Below are positions 26,946 through 41,003 of a stretch of DNA of 64,000 bases, piece by piece. Source of the DNA: Octopus vulgaris (lineage: Eukaryota); assembly GCA_951406725.2 (NCBI GenBank), contig OX597829.1:3968001-4032000 (forward strand), in the 5' to 3' direction. How positions within the stretch are numbered: the stretch's first letter is position 1; each line of letters opens with the position of its first letter. The notes below the pieces were generated by a model that did not search any database, was not told the origin of the DNA, and was given only the letters and a program-made list of their open reading frames with translations. The position numbers were made by a program, and so were the translations under genes.

Positions 26946-27499
26946 GTTTACCAAGTTTCGCAAGTGTCCCTTATAGTTATGCTCATAGTGATGATCATGA
27001 TGATCGTTTGTGTGTGTGTGTGTGTGTGTGTGTAAAGGTGAGAGAAGGATAGTGGAACTCAAGACAAATCTTTCTGAAGTTTAGACATTGTCGTCGGCGT
27101 TGACTTATCTGCTGTTATTCACCCCACCCCACCCCACTTCATCCCTCTTATCCTGGAACCCCCCGTCCTTTCCTCGCCCCATTCCCATATTCTTCACAAT
27201 CCTTTCTTCACCTACCCCCACCCATCCCTACTTTTTCCTGTTTTACTCTTTTCTGTAAAAAAAAAATAAATGTATTTCCTATTTTCACAAATTTCATATT
27301 TTCTTTCTTTTTTTAAACTATTTTCTGCTTCTCGTTTGTTTTCCCCTGTTTTTATTTTATTTTATTTTTTCAAGACCCCCCTTCCTCCCTACTCCTCCTC
27401 CTTTCAAATTATCTCTTTTTCGTTTTGTTATCCCACTTTTTCCTCTTATTCTCCTCTTACTTCCTCCTCACTTTCCTTTTCTACTTTCACTTTCTCCAC

Positions 27500-27530
<31 letters not shown>

Positions 27531-27979
27531 TTGCTCTCCTCCCATTGCACCTCCCGTTTCTCATTTCCCTCCCTATTACTTCCTTTCTGCTCCTTCTTTC
27601 CTTCTTTCTTATCCCTCAAAACACTCACTTTCACCTACTTCTCTCCCCGTCATCCCCTTCCTCTCTCTCTATACATCTTTACTTCTTCCTCCTTATCTCC
27701 CATTATCGTTTCTCTCTGCTATACAAATCAGTCTTTCCCTCCTCCTCCTCCTTCAACCCCTATGTTGTTACTATTCTAATATACCTTTTATTAATATTCT
27801 CCCCTCCCGCTCCCCATTAATCTCCTGCATAATTTTTCCTCTCAGAATCGCCATATCTCTTCATAAGGGTGGGAATGAAATTTGCTTAGAGGCTCCAAAC
27901 CTAGGTCCAAAATTTTTTACAAACCTGGTCGAATTTTTTTTCAATCTTAATATCAAATTAATAATAATAATAATAATTA

Positions 27980-28192
27980 CAATCCTTTCTACTAAAGGTG
28001 CAAGGCCTGAAATTTGGTGGGAGGGGACTAGTTGATTTCATTGACCCCAGTGTTTCACTGGTACTTAATTTATCGACCCTGAAAGGATGAAAGGCAAAGC
28101 CGACTTCAGCAGAATTTGAACCCAGAACATAGCAACGGGCAAAATACCACTAAGCATTCCATCCAGCCTGCTAACAATTCTACCAGCTTGCT
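27980..28192 (-). mobile_element. Old family A-related SINE (similar CpG-decayed pieces at 29122-29245, 35565-35900, 51130-51260, 59290-59455)
   Basis: ggtacttaatttatcgaccctgaaaggatgaaaggcaaag...gaatttgaacccagaac. Confidence 0.8.
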
Positions 28193-28211
28193 TTATTATT
28201 ATTATTATTAT

Positions 28212-28660
28212 TGAGTGAGAGAGCAGTGCATGCCATCAAAGTGACACATACCCATCATGACTACCCGTCTGATAAGGGTACACCAAGCACATGCATCACA
28301 ACCATATGTGCACGACATGGGGATCTCATATCGAGACAAACAGTACATGACCTTGCAGGTGGGGCCCAGTTAGAATTTTCTTCAGGTCGAGTAGCCCATC
28401 CCGCTCAAAAGGTCCCTGAATAAGGGTTGTTTAAGGATGTTGAACGAAACACCCATGTTTCTAGAGGTGAATTATTGAAACCCTAAAGAAACCCTCTCAA
28501 CACATGGCTATGATGCTCCCCCACTACTTCTACTCGTGATCAGAGATACACATATCGTCAGCCACTAAGGGACATGCTCAACTGGTTAAGGTCAAACAAC
28601 TGACAAACAAATCTGTGGTATTGAGCAGAATATTTGCTGTTGCCCATCTTTTTTACCAAG
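28212..28660 (-). mobile_element. Retroposon family E (AAT-tailed), longer copy
   Basis: Preceded by (TAT)n, the tail on minus; 3' end matches 941-1047. Confidence 0.7.
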
Positions 28661-29312
28661 ACCATCTTTTTTACCATTATTATTATTATGTGTACATCAA
28701 TTGTATCAGATAAATCCAATAATAAAAATGTAATGTTTCAAATCGGTCCAAAAATGATTCTATGCTTGTTCATTTTGACCAAGTCTTCAGAATGATGTTT
28801 AATGCATCTTCATTGTTCCTCTCACAAAAAAAATAAATAAATTGCACCCCCTGCAATCCCCTGTTCCTGAGCCAATGTATCTCTTTTGCTTTTATTTCAA
28901 TATTCATTTTTGTAACCCCATTTGAATGTTTAATGTCTGGCAATATTTGTTCAAGCCCTACTCACTGTTGCCTTTCCATCCCTCCAGGGTCATTAAAATA
29001 AAGTATTAGTCATTTGAGGTTGTGTAAATCCCACATCCTATACCTGTCTTTTATATTGCTCCTTCCCCTAATCTGTCACCCTGGTGGCAAATAAAAATCA
29101 TCATCATTATCATCATCATCATTGGAAGAATTGCTAACATGCTGGGCAAAATGCTTTATGGAATTTCTTCTGGCACTTTCATTCTGAGTTCAAATTCTGC
29201 TGATGTCAACTTTGCCTTTTCATCCTTTCAGGGTTGATAAAAGTAACATATCAGTCAAATCTGCAAAAAAGACTTAGAGTTGGTAGACAGAAACTGCACA
29301 AAAATCCAGCAT

Positions 29313-29364
<52 letters not shown>

Positions 29365-29374
29365 ATGTGTGTGT

Positions 29375-29700
29375 GACTTGTTTCGGTCATTTGACTGCAG
29401 CTATGTTGGAGCACCACCTTGAAAGGTGTTAGTCGAACAAATTGACCCCCAGGACTTATTTTTAAGTTTAGTACTTTATTCTATCAGTGTCTTTTGCCAA
29501 ACTGCTAAGTTACAGGGATGTAAACACACCAACACCAATTGTCAAGCACTGATGAGAGACAAACACACACACATACAACAGGCTTCTTTCAGTTTCTGTC
29601 TACCACATTCACTCACAAGGCTTTGGTTAACCTGAAACTATAGTAGAAAACACCTGACTGAGGTGCCCCACAGTGAGACTGAACCCAGAACCATGTAGTT
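29375..29700 (-). mobile_element. SINE family B, CpG-decayed (similar at 32240-32440, 36787-36950, 37560-37755, 39672-40045, 43440-43797, 44636-44800, 47610-47965, 56630-56952, 58945-59285)
   Basis: Homology to family B with CG>TG/CA changes. Confidence 0.85.
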
Positions 29701-31007
29701 CTGATGCAAAATATAGAAAGAGAGATGTGTGTTATTTTTACATCCTTTTAACTTAGTGGTTCAGCAAAAGTGACAATAAGCGCCAGACTTAACAAAAGAA
29801 AAGTACTGAGGTCAATCCATTTGAATAAAATCTTTCAAGGTGGTGCCCCAGTATGACCACAACTCACTGAAACACTTTTGTCATTCACTTTTGTCTTTTG
29901 AATTCACTTTTGAATTCACTTTTGTCATGACATGAAAAAAAATGTTTAATGTGAAGATTATCAAGAATAAATATTTTCTTTTATCACCTTATTTTGTATA
30001 TTTTAATTTTTTTTTTTATTCAGCTTTTTTTTTTTATTTCAAGCATTCAAGATAGTTTGTGTTAAATCAGGGGATTTATAAAGAAAAAAAAAAAAAGAGT
30101 TTGAGTGAGTTGACAGTTCTAACTTGCAATGTTTCTCTTTTCATTGTCATTTTTCTTTTCTAGCTAACGTTAGAAAAAAGAAGGAATCAAAATATCTTGG
30201 AATACTCTGTTCTCCCCTTTTGAGACAAACTCAATTACAACTAAAGAAAGCTTAAGAAGGAAAATTAACTGCCATTATTGCTAGAAGTCAATCAATGATG
30301 CTAATAATAATTTTAAAAAACTACCTTGTCTTTCCTTCTCTCTCTCTCTCTCTCTTTCTCTTCTCACTGCCATCCTCATTTCAATATTCTTTTCTGATAA
30401 AACTACAGAAGGAATGTGCTATATGCTCCAACCAATGCCACATTTATGACAGTACCGTCATCATTTGCAATATTATTTTCCTTATCATCCCATTTTACAT
30501 AAGTAAATTTTACAATGTCACAATATACCTTTCATTTGTTGTCCCCCTTATAGCTAATAAAAGAAATCATTAATACGACCATATTGGATGGAGAAAAGTA
30601 AGGCCAATTTACTCTGCTCTTGAAGAACAGGTGATCTCATCATCATGACATATCAAAATTCTAGTACACTCTATTTCAGAAAATTTTCCTGACATACCAT
30701 GATCAATTCTAATATACCCTTGTCAGTATGTGAGCCCTGGAAGTTGTCTTCCCCATGTGTGATGGCAAGAGGCTGAACTTGTGAGAAGTGCAAGTGATAG
30801 TGTAGATTTTTTTCCATACTGCACTTGACTGTGCAATAGAAATGACATTGTGCCATGGTGTTTTTCCTTTGTATGTATGCCACACAATGTGCCATACTTC
30901 TTGGTGACATTTTTTCTTCAGTTTCTGCTGCTGTGGATTACAGAATTTCTTGAAGACATCATATTTCTCTCTCCCCTTCTTCAGTAGTTCTGGAAGTGGT
31001 ATTATGA

Positions 31008-31422
31008 AGGCAGTGAGCTGACAGAATCGTTAGCATGCCGGGCGAAATGCTTAGCAGTATTTTGTCTACCACTACGTTCTGAGTTCAAATTACGCCGAAG
31101 TCAACTTTGCCTTTCATCCTTTCGGGGTCGATTAAATAAGTACCAGTTACTCACAGGGTCGATATAATCGACTTAATCCGTTTGTCTGTCCTTGTTTGTC
31201 CCCTCTGTGTGTAGCCCCTTGTGGGCAGTAAAGAAATAGGTATTTCGTCTGTCTTTACATTCTGAGTTCAAATTCCGCCAAGGCAGATTTTGCCTTTCAT
31301 CCTTTCGGGGTCGATTAAATAAGTACCAGTTACGCACTGGGGTTGATGTAATTGACTTAATCCCTTTGTCTGTCCTTGTTTGTCCCCTCTGTGTGTAGCC
31401 CCTTGTGGGCAGTAAAGAAATA
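31008..31422 (+). mobile_element. SINE family A dimer (full copy plus 184-bp headless unit)
   Basis: Junction aagaaata|ggtatttcg at 31239; flanking ggtatta at 30998-31004 and 31423-31429. Confidence 0.92.
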
Positions 31423-32456
31423 GGTATTAAACCTGCCCAACATTCTTCCTCTCAGTGCTCATACTTCCATTATTCCAAATATTCTTTCCAGGAAGTTATA
31501 TGCTTAAGTGATAACTTTTTGAGGGGAAATTTGCAGTTCTTCATATAGGAACTGGTAATATTTGTGGTGGTGGCAGTAGCAGAAGAGGTGGGGGGCAGCA
31601 GCAGCTGTGGTGGTGATACATGTTGTTGCTACTCTTGTTGTTTTCACTGCATGACATCTATGGAAGACACTAAAATACTGATAATTTTTTTTTTAATGTC
31701 AGCATCACTGTCTTATGCTGTGTAGGGACCAGTATGTCCATGAACAGCCCTGATGCTTCCTCTGCATGTTGGAAAAGGCAACTAAAAGATGCTGAGGTTG
31801 GATTTGTACTCTGACCTCAGAGAAACCCTTACCAGTAACAGCTACCCAAACAAACCCTTGGGCTGGAGGATTGTTGTCTAAGTGGTGCAAAGGTGTCATT
31901 TGCCAGGAATAGTAGGGAATCGCCAACGCATGGCAGATGCAGCCTGTTACTGCACATGCCCCCCTCCCCACCCTTAAAAGTACTAATACTAAATCACCAT
32001 CTTCAACATAATGCAGGTGTTGCTGTTGATGGTGATAGCAACTGTAATGTTTGCTACTCTCATAGACTCTTGAAGTGAGAGGTGAGAGTTTTCTTTTTCA
32101 TTGTTGTTTTATTGAAGGGTGGGGCTGCTAACATACTTCCCTCACTCTTCTGTTAATTTTTGCTCTTGCTTCTTGCTCACTTCCAGAACAAACAAAACTA
32201 AAGATGCCTGTTAAAATCTTTATCCCTTATTGTCTACTTCTTTCAGTCATTTTATTGTGACCATGCTGAGACACCATCTTGAAGGGTCTTAATCAAACAA
32301 ATTGTTCCTATAAGATTGGTACTTATTCTGTCATTCATCTCCTTTGGAAAACTACTAAGTTACAGGGACATAAACAAAACAATGCAGGTTGTCAAGTGGT
32401 GGTAGTGGGGTGGATGCAAACACAAAAACACACACATAGACAACTACCAATTCCAC

Positions 32457-33469
32457 TCAGTTTCCGTCCCTTCATGTATAAGAGCATGCACCTTAGCTCT
32501 GACAATGTAGCCTTCATGTTTTGCCTTGAATTGGTTGCAGTGCCCTTTCTAAATGCCTTAACTAACTTCCTGACCAGCTCTCGATTATGTTCCTTTCTAC
32601 TGCTGGTCCTTTGTTAAACCTTATCAGTTCTATTCTAATTGATAAAGTTTAGCAAGGGCAAACTACCATTTAATGATTGCTCTCATTAACACCTGCTTAA
32701 CCAATTCACTAATTTGTTTCTGAAAGCTTTGCATGTTGGCAAGGATGCATTCACCTTCCAGTAACTTGGTCCTGTCTATGGAGCCTATCTATGTTGACTG
32801 TACAGATCACAAATTTGTGGTCTGTGTAGCTGACAACCTATGCTGTCCTTATCTGCTTCTCTACAGAATACCCTATCTAGATATGATCGGTATGACCTGA
32901 TGCAGTTTGACCAGGACCACACTGGCACATCAGGGAAATTCAGTCAATACCTGTCAGGCCGTGGGAATTGTCTGAGCAGGCTTGCGGGGCTTTTGCAACC
33001 CATTGAACTGTCTACTGACCCAACACAGTCCCACCATGCATCTAAGATCCTGTTCCAGTCTCCAACTAACACTAAAAAGTGAAATGTTCCCAGCAAAGTT
33101 TCCAGATGCCTGAAGAAATCTGGTCATCCTGTCCCTATCAGGGCAGAGATGGCAGCTAGCTTGAAAGTATGTCCTTCAGTGTTGGTTACACCCAGCACCA
33201 CTGACTTACTTTTTGGGCCGAGGAAGATAGTCTGTATTATGGGAGCCAAATTCTTCTGAAAAATAATGCTTCTCAGACAACTTGCAGATGAGTACATCTC
33301 ATAGTCTCTGAAAATGAGTTTGAAATTCCTGGCTCAGAAATTCTGGTCTCACTAATGGCCACCACATGAGCATTCAGTGACCTTAGGTTGTTGAGCGAGT
33401 GACCATGTCTCCAGGACAACCCCAGGCCACATGCATTCGTGCTGCCTATTCTGAGTATGGCCTTATCAT
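32457..33469 (-). mobile_element. Decayed L1/Tx1-clade LINE ORF2, APE endonuclease region
   Basis: Minus translation (with frameshifts/stops): LRIGSTNACGL, VVAISETR, LVLVGDWNRILD, SYLDRVF, YTDHKFV, GPSYWKVNAS, EGYIVRAKVHALIHEG. These are the conserved L1/Tx1 EN and post-EN motifs in order. Confidence 0.85.
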
Positions 33470-33729
33470 TGAAATAAGAATAAGAATGAAAAGGAAAAAT
33501 TTACTTGGATTTGGTGGGGGGGGGGATTCCTATTGGATTGAGATGTTTCCATCAACAGATCACCAAGTATTCACTTGATGTTCCCTTAAAAATCTCTGAG
33601 ATTACTTGTGGGAATTTGCTTTTTCGGTATGCCTATGTGTCTTGTGTTTGTTCAAATGATTTGTGTGTAGGTATGGAGACTGAGTGTGTTATGAAATCTG
33701 TTTATGTTATGTTGGTGTGTATTTTCATG

Positions 33730-34130
33730 TACTCTTTTACTTGTTTCAGTCATTTGACTGCGGTCATGCTGGAGCACCGCCTTCAGTCAAGCAAATTGAC
33801 CCCGGGACTTATTCTTTGTAAGCCCAGTACTTATTATATCGGTCTCTTTTGCCGAACCGCTAAGTGACGGGGACGTAAACACACCAGCATCGGTTGTCAA
33901 GCAATGCCGGGGGGACAAACACAGACACACAAACATATACACACAAACATATATATATATACATATATACGATGGACTTCTTTCAGTTTCCGCCTACCAA
34001 ATCCACTCACAAGGCATTGGTCGGCCCGGGGCTATAGCAGAAGACACTTGCCCAAGATGCCACGCAGTGGGACTGAACCTGGAACCATGTGGTTGGTTAG
34101 CAAGCTACTTACAACACAGCCACTCCTGCG
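33730..34130 (-). mobile_element. SINE family B, full-length
   Basis: Near-identical to 12710-13114. Confidence 0.93.
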
Positions 34131-34475
34131 CTTATGTAATGCATAAAATCTGGGGGTTTTTCTCCTTATTGCTATATAGTTTGCAATGATACTGTCTTTA
34201 CATTGTATTTTCTGCTATTGCTATTGTTGTTGTTGTTTATATGGGATGGGTCATGTTTGTGATGTTATTGGTTGAGGTAGTGTTTCAGGTGTTTGTGGCA
34301 GTGGCACTGATGTAGGGTCTATTTCCAGTGGGTTTTTTTTTTTCCTTGTAGCTTTTATTTTTATCCTCTCCACTTTTTTTGTGTGGACGAAGATTGTTCT
34401 TTGTGTGTTGTTTCGTTTTTTTCTTCCTCTCTTGGAATAAATTCTATTGGAGTTGAGAAGTGACTCCAGAAGGCT

Positions 34476-34705
34476 AATGATGATGATGATGATGATGATA
34501 ACAATAATAATAATGATAATAATGATTATGATGTTGATAATAATAAAAATAATGATTATGATGATGATAACAATCATAACAACAATAATGATGATGGTAA
34601 TAATTATGATGATGATAATAATAATGATAATAATAAAATGATAGCAATAATAAGAATGATTATAATAAGAAGAAGAATGATAATAATCACAATAATGATA
34701 ATAGA
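34476..34705. repeat. (AAT/GAT)n trinucleotide microsatellite (similar at 35345-35550, 42835-43000 (TTC)n, 45130-45552 (TCTA/CCTA)n, 49690-49790)
   Basis: Direct reading. Confidence 0.95.
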
Positions 34706-34982
34706 AAATTCATAATAGATTTAATATTTATAAGACATTGTATTTATATCTTTTTAATATGGCAGCAGTAGATTGTTATAATATTAATTCATATTCATTG
34801 CTAATTTAAATGTCTTGCAGAGAGCTTGCAGTGTCAAAGAAAGAGAAAGAGAGCAAGAGAAAGAGAGGAGGAAAGAAAGAAAGAAAGAGATAGAAAGAAA
34901 GAGAAAGAGAGGGAGATGGAGTTAATGATGAGTCATGAAAGAAGGGATTATTGTTAATGTTACTCTCTATTCTTGTTTCTCT

Positions 34983-35034
<52 letters not shown>

Positions 35035-35344
35035 CTTGAGAGTTGGAGTGTTCCTCCTCAAAGAGCCAATAATTACATTTGGTATGAGTCAGGCTGTGGG
35101 TGGGGGTGGGGGGAGAAGGGTGGAAAGAGCAAGAGAGAAGGCTTTTTCACAAATGTTACATTTTATTCCGACCCCAAGAGCTGTTAGACATGATTCCTTC
35201 TGACAGGCAAGAATTTCATTCATTCCGTCTTGCTTTAGTGGTGTCTCTCTTAATTTAGGTCATGTTCGCATCAAGACATCACTGGCACATCTCTAAAGTT
35301 ACTTGCAGGTACCCATGTCTACTACAGGTAAACTGCACTGCATC

Positions 35345-35379
<35 letters not shown>

Positions 35380-36037
35380 GTTGTTGTTGTTGTTGTTGTT
35401 ATAATTATTATTATTATTATTATTATTATTATTGTTATTATTATTATCATTATTATTATCATTATCATTATTATTAATATTATTATTATCATTATCATCA
35501 TCATCATCACACCACCACCACCATCACCATCATCATCATTATTATTATAGATGTATTAATGTAGGGAACTGGCAGAATCCTTTAAGCACTGGGAAAATGC
35601 CTTGTAAAATTTGTTCAGATCTTTGAGTTCAAACCTTGTCGTGATTCACTTTGCCTTTCACTCCCCTAGGATTGATAATATAAAGAATTAGTGTAGTATT
35701 AAGGTAGATATAATTAATTAATCTCTTCTTCTCAGAATCTGCTGGCCTCCTGCCCACATTATAATTATTACGGGTAGATTGGCACAGTTTATGGTGTTGG
35801 AATGAAATACTTTGTGTTATTTCTTCTGGCTCTTAACATTCTGAGTTCAAAATCCCACTGAAGTCAGTTTTGCCGTTCATCCTTTCAGAGTTGATAGAAT
35901 ATAAAACTCTAGTTAAGTACTGGTCTAGGACATCGACTTGCCCTTCCCCTCAAAAGTACATACCTTGTGTCTAAATTAGAAATTGACAAACTAAAAGAAA
36001 ACAATCTGATATTTAATAAATGAGTGGAATTGAACCA

Positions 36038-36282
36038 ATCATCATCATCATTGTTTAACATCTGCTTTCCATGCTGGCATGGGTTGGACAGTTTGACTGA
36101 GGTCTGGCAAGCCAGAAGGCTGCACAAGGGTCCATTCTTGATCTGGCAGAGTTTCTACAATTGGATGCCCTCCCTAACTCCAACCACCCTGAGAGTGTAG
36201 TGTGTGCTTTTACATGCCACTGGCATGAGGACCAGTCAGGCGGTACTACTGGCAACGGCCACGCTCAAATGGTGCTTTTTAC
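36038..36282 (-). mobile_element. SINE family D ((GAT)n tail, 'ggaagggcatcc' box)
   Basis: Homologous to 40501-40810 (-), 61320-61630 (+) and the 3' fragment 20205-20302 (+). Confidence 0.85.
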
Positions 36283-36946
36283 CAGTGTGTGTGTTATTTA
36301 TATTGGCATGATGGTTCTCACTAGACACAACAAAATGTAGATAAGATTTCAATGAAAAGTGAATGGGGAAAGAAATAGTAGTAGCAACAGCAATGGTGGG
36401 GATTGTATTATTGTCAATGGTTGCATCAGTGGTTGCATCATGATGAAGCACATGATGATGGTTTCATTGATGGTATTGTTGATGATGGTATTAGGGTTAG
36501 GGTTATTAGTGATATAAGTATTGATGGCTCTGATGATGGTGATGGTGGTGGTGAAATTAATGGTGTTGATATTGGTTATGATGATGTTGACGTTAGTTGG
36601 GACTAGCTATCTTTGGAGAAATTAGGGATCAATAACCATTGTATTATGCCAAAATAAAATGAATAAAATTCAGGGACCCTAACGATGATATTCTTCAATA
36701 CAGCACAAACCAAAGTATTCTACATAATAGATACATATACACTTGATCGTCTTTTTATATATTTAAAAAAGAATACTTTATAATAGGTGCAGGCACGGGT
36801 GTGTGGTAGGAAATTTGCTTCCTGGCCGCATAGCTCTTGGGTTCGGTCCCACTGCATGGCATCTTGGACAAATGTCTTCTGCTATAGCCTAAGGCTGACC
36901 AAAGCCTTTGAGTGTATTTAGTTGATAGAAACTGAAAGAAGCCTGT

Positions 36947-37011
<65 letters not shown>

Positions 37012-37012
<1 letters not shown>

Positions 37013-37207
37013 AATAAGGAGAGTTTACGAAAAAAAACAGAAGACGAAGACAGGTGATGTACAAAACAAACAGATGTATTAGTATAACGCTCAGGAATAG
37101 AAAAAGCCTTTTATGTTTCGAGCCTACACTCTTTTACAGAAAGGGACACAGAAAAAACAAGGAGAGAAAAAAAATGTGTGTAGTGGCTAACGATCTATCA
37201 TGGCGAC
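37012..37207 (-). mobile_element. pLTR-like TA-flanked element with a decayed hammerhead (37107-37144)
   Basis: Minus: ccttt-CTGTAAA-a-gagt-gtag-gctc-GAAA-cat-a-aaagg. Same layout and similar downstream 'ctgagcgt...' as 4554-4690; a related 3' piece lies at 44832-44930. Confidence 0.6.
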
Positions 37208-37984
37208 TATATATGCGTGTATGTATGTGTATATATATATATCAATATATATATATATATGAAAAAACAAACTAGAGAAAGAGAAAATGGAATTCACGAG
37301 ATTCTTTATTAATCACAATGATTGTTTTGACCCATCTTGCTATGATTTTTTGCAGGCGAGATACTATACAGCTGGTTGTGGCGCATCCATCGGTGCAGAT
37401 GTGCCTTGTAAGGTGACTTTTCAAAAGATATCTCGCTCAATAAACTCAGTTTTGCTTGGTTCAGTTTTACATTGTCTCATTATTTGCTTGTGGCTGGTTT
37501 CCCACCCCACCACCACCACCACCACCACCACCAACAACAACAACACATTCACATGCATAAGTGTGTGTTCTTTGTATCTATGTTTGTTTCCCACCTCTGC
37601 TTGGCAATTAGTGTTGATTTAACCCCAGTAACTTTGCAGTTCAGCTAAAGAGATTGATAGAATATGTACTGGGGTCTATTCATTCAGCTAACAATTCTTC
37701 AAGGCAGTTCCCCAGCATAGCCACAGTCTAATATCAGAAACAAGTAAAAGGAAAAGATATATTACAAAATAACAAACAAGATTTTAATAGGTTTTGACAC
37801 TGCAGTTATTAGCTGTGACCTGGAGTTTTCTCCATAATGCTTGCAGCACTTAAGGACTGGGAAATTAAGAAAACTGGAAATTCGGTTATGTAAAATTCCT
37901 ATCACTGATAACTTGTCTAAGGGAGTCTAGGTTCTTTCAAATAGCTTCTAAAGCATCAGTTTTTTTTTTCCATTAGGCACAAAG

Positions 37985-38032
<48 letters not shown>

Positions 38033-38710
38033 GTACGCATGTGTGTATTAATCTATGTACCTCTCTCCCCCCCCCCACACACACACACACATTTTGGGAG
38101 ATGGATATTGGGAGAGTGTAATCTTCATGCTCTTTTTTTCCCTCTTAGTATTTTCTCAAGAGGCATATATCGATTGAAACTACATGAGAGGCTGTGATTC
38201 TTGTAATGTTCTTCTTTCGAGTTCACTTTAGAGACTTCTCAAATGTTCATTTCCTTCAACTTCACAGACCACAAAGAAGCTGTACTTAGAGGGAACACAA
38301 TAGAAAGGGAAGGCATTCATCCCTCTTCCAAAAAGTATTGACAGTATATTTGATGCGAATTAGATGGTTGAGTGAGTTTATTCACATCTTTGTTCCTATC
38401 TGTGAAGTACACATTTTCCCAAACCTACCACTACCTAAGTCAGTCCAGAACTAGTAGAACTATGAGCAAAAGTGTTCCAGATATGACCATCCGGACAACA
38501 TTGTCTAATATGTATGCTTTCTTTCTTTGAGGCAATAGGTTCTGTCATATTAAGATCTGATTGCTTTAGCTATGTGTTCTAGCAGCTACGTACTTTCTTT
38601 CAAAGATGTTCCGATTTGTGACGATCCCGTCTTTTATTCAGACATAGTGTATCTAGGACTACATTATCTAATGTATAGTATAGTAGTTAGTATTAGTGGC
38701 TATAATTGTT

Positions 38711-39042
38711 GTTGTTTAGCCCCAGGCCAATCCTGATCGAGGCAGACCTCTAATCAAAGATATTCCAGCTGCAGCCATCCTATCTTTTACTCAGGCATAG
38801 TGTATCTAGGACTACATTATCGAATGTTCTAGCTGTTTGTCTTTGGTGTTTTGTCATTATTTATTCCCCATTACCTGTTGTTTAGCCCCAGGCCAATCCT
38901 GATCGAGGCAGACCTCTAATCAAAGATGTTCCAGCTGCAGCCATCCTATCTTTTACTCAGGCATAGTGTATCTAGGACTACATTATCGAATGTTCTAGCT
39001 GTTTGTCTTTGGTGTTTTGTCATTATTTATTCCCCATTACCT
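38711..39042. repeat. Tandem duplication, 2 x 166 bp, one visible mismatch
   Basis: 38711-38876 vs 38877-39042; begins in the interspersed 'gttgtttagccccagg...gtgtatctaggactacatt' repeat also seen near 5790, 11498, 38460-38670 and 63750-63930. Confidence 0.95.
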
Positions 39043-40317
39043 GTGTTTGATTTCCTAAAAGAAGTTAGAAAGGAGTACATATCTATAAAAAAAACAACAA
39101 AAAACATATAAAGCATCTATTAGAAACCCATCAGATGGAAAATCAAAGTACAATAATTCCTCACCATATCGTAGTTCACCTATCACACACTCAGTACATT
39201 GCAGATTTTTTTGGCTAATATATGTCAATTTATATCATGGACTCCTCAGTATATCTGGGTTTTTGTGGGTGATAAGTATGACGACTGTAAGATTGGTTAA
39301 ACTGCACCGCAAAATGTGGAAGTAGTTAGGAATCTAAATCGTAGGAGACAGACACACAACTTCACTTTTATATATTCTATGTAATAATCAGGACAGTCAG
39401 ATAGGAGAATAGATACAAAGAGCAGATAATAGTGTTGAAGCAAGACTGGTTACAGTTCAGTAGTGGTGTTACAGTACAGCAATATCTCCGATACACAAAT
39501 GACTCTGACTGTTTGACTGCCTCAGATGTTCACACACACACACACACAAATGCAAGCGCACAATATATTGGCTGAATTGTTAGAGCATCAATCAAAATTT
39601 AGTTTAGTATTTAATCTGTCCAAGTCATGCAAGCAAGGAAATGATGATGGTGTGTACGTGTGTGTGTACATGCAGGCATGGGTGTGTAGTAACAAGCTTG
39701 CTTCCCAACATCATGGTTCTAGGTTCAGTCCCACTGTGTGGCACCTTGGGCAAGTGTCTTCTTCTATAACGTTAGACCAACCAAAGCCTTGTGAGTGGAT
39801 TTCTTAGACAGAAAGCAGAAAGAAGCTTGTCATGTGCTATGTCTGTGTGTCCGTGTTTGTTCCACCACCACCTCTTGATAAATGGTGTTGATGTGCTTTA
39901 CATCTCCATAACGTAGAAGTTCAGCAAAAGAGACCGATAGAATAAGTACCTAACTTGTGGTCGATTCATTTGACTGAAAATTCTTCAAGACGGTGCTCCA
40001 GCATGGCTGCAATCTAATGACTGAAACGAGTTAAAGGTAAAAGAAATATACATACATGTCTGTGATTTATTCGATTCAGTTGTCAGTAAATTTCATTAGT
40101 TAAACATTCAAATTAAACCCTCGCAGGTTCATTTTGGTGCAACGATTAACTAGTCTTTAGTTATTACCTTAATTCTTAATTGCCAATAAATATGGTGTAC
40201 TTAAACTGTATCTTATTAATTGGAATTTTGAATTAATTAGTTCTTGCACATACTCTCATTTGGAAAGAAGTATTCTTGGCCCTTCAGTTTCCCATTTCAC
40301 ATTCCTATCTGTATTTC

Positions 40318-40355
<38 letters not shown>

Positions 40356-40500
40356 GAAATAAGGAGTAGAGGGACAGCCGACAACTGATGAAGGGTCGTT
40401 TTTTATGTTACTTGTCTTGTTTTCCATTTGTTTTTCTTGTTCACAAAAAAGGTTTGTCTTCGTATTTCATGTTGTTTACGTTTTGTGACATCCTGTACCC

Positions 40501-40810
40501 ATCATCATCATCATCATCATCATTTACCGTCCGCTTTCCATGCTGGAATGGGTTGGACGGTTCAACTGGGGTCTGTGAAGCCAGAAGTCTGCACCAGGCC
40601 CAGTCTGATCTGGCAATGTTACTACAGCTGGATGCCCTTCCTAACGCCAACCACACCATGAGTGTAGTGGGTGCTTTTTACGTGCCACTGGCACAGGTGC
40701 CAGACGGGGCTGGCAAACGGCCACGGTCGGATGGTGCTTTTTATGTGCCACCGGCACGGGGGCCAGGCGAGGCTGGCAATGGCCATGATCAGATGGTGCT
40801 TTTTACTTGG
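40501..40810 (-). mobile_element. SINE family D
   Basis: (ATC)n tail then ...ggatgcccttcctaacgccaaccac...; internal repeats gtgctttttaygtgccacyggcac. Confidence 0.88.
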
Positions 40811-40962
40811 CAATATATATATACATATATATGTACGTATGTACATATATGTATATATGCATATATAATTTTTATTTATATTATTACATGATTGAATGCC
40901 ACGCATCCATTTCCAAGTAAGTTTATCTTGATATATGTATTATATATACACATACATGCATG

Positions 40963-41003
<41 letters not shown>

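Noticed and set aside
30580-31970. Possible LINE ORF1 or 5' UTR remnants
   Set aside because: Coding-like but no diagnostic motif recognised with confidence.
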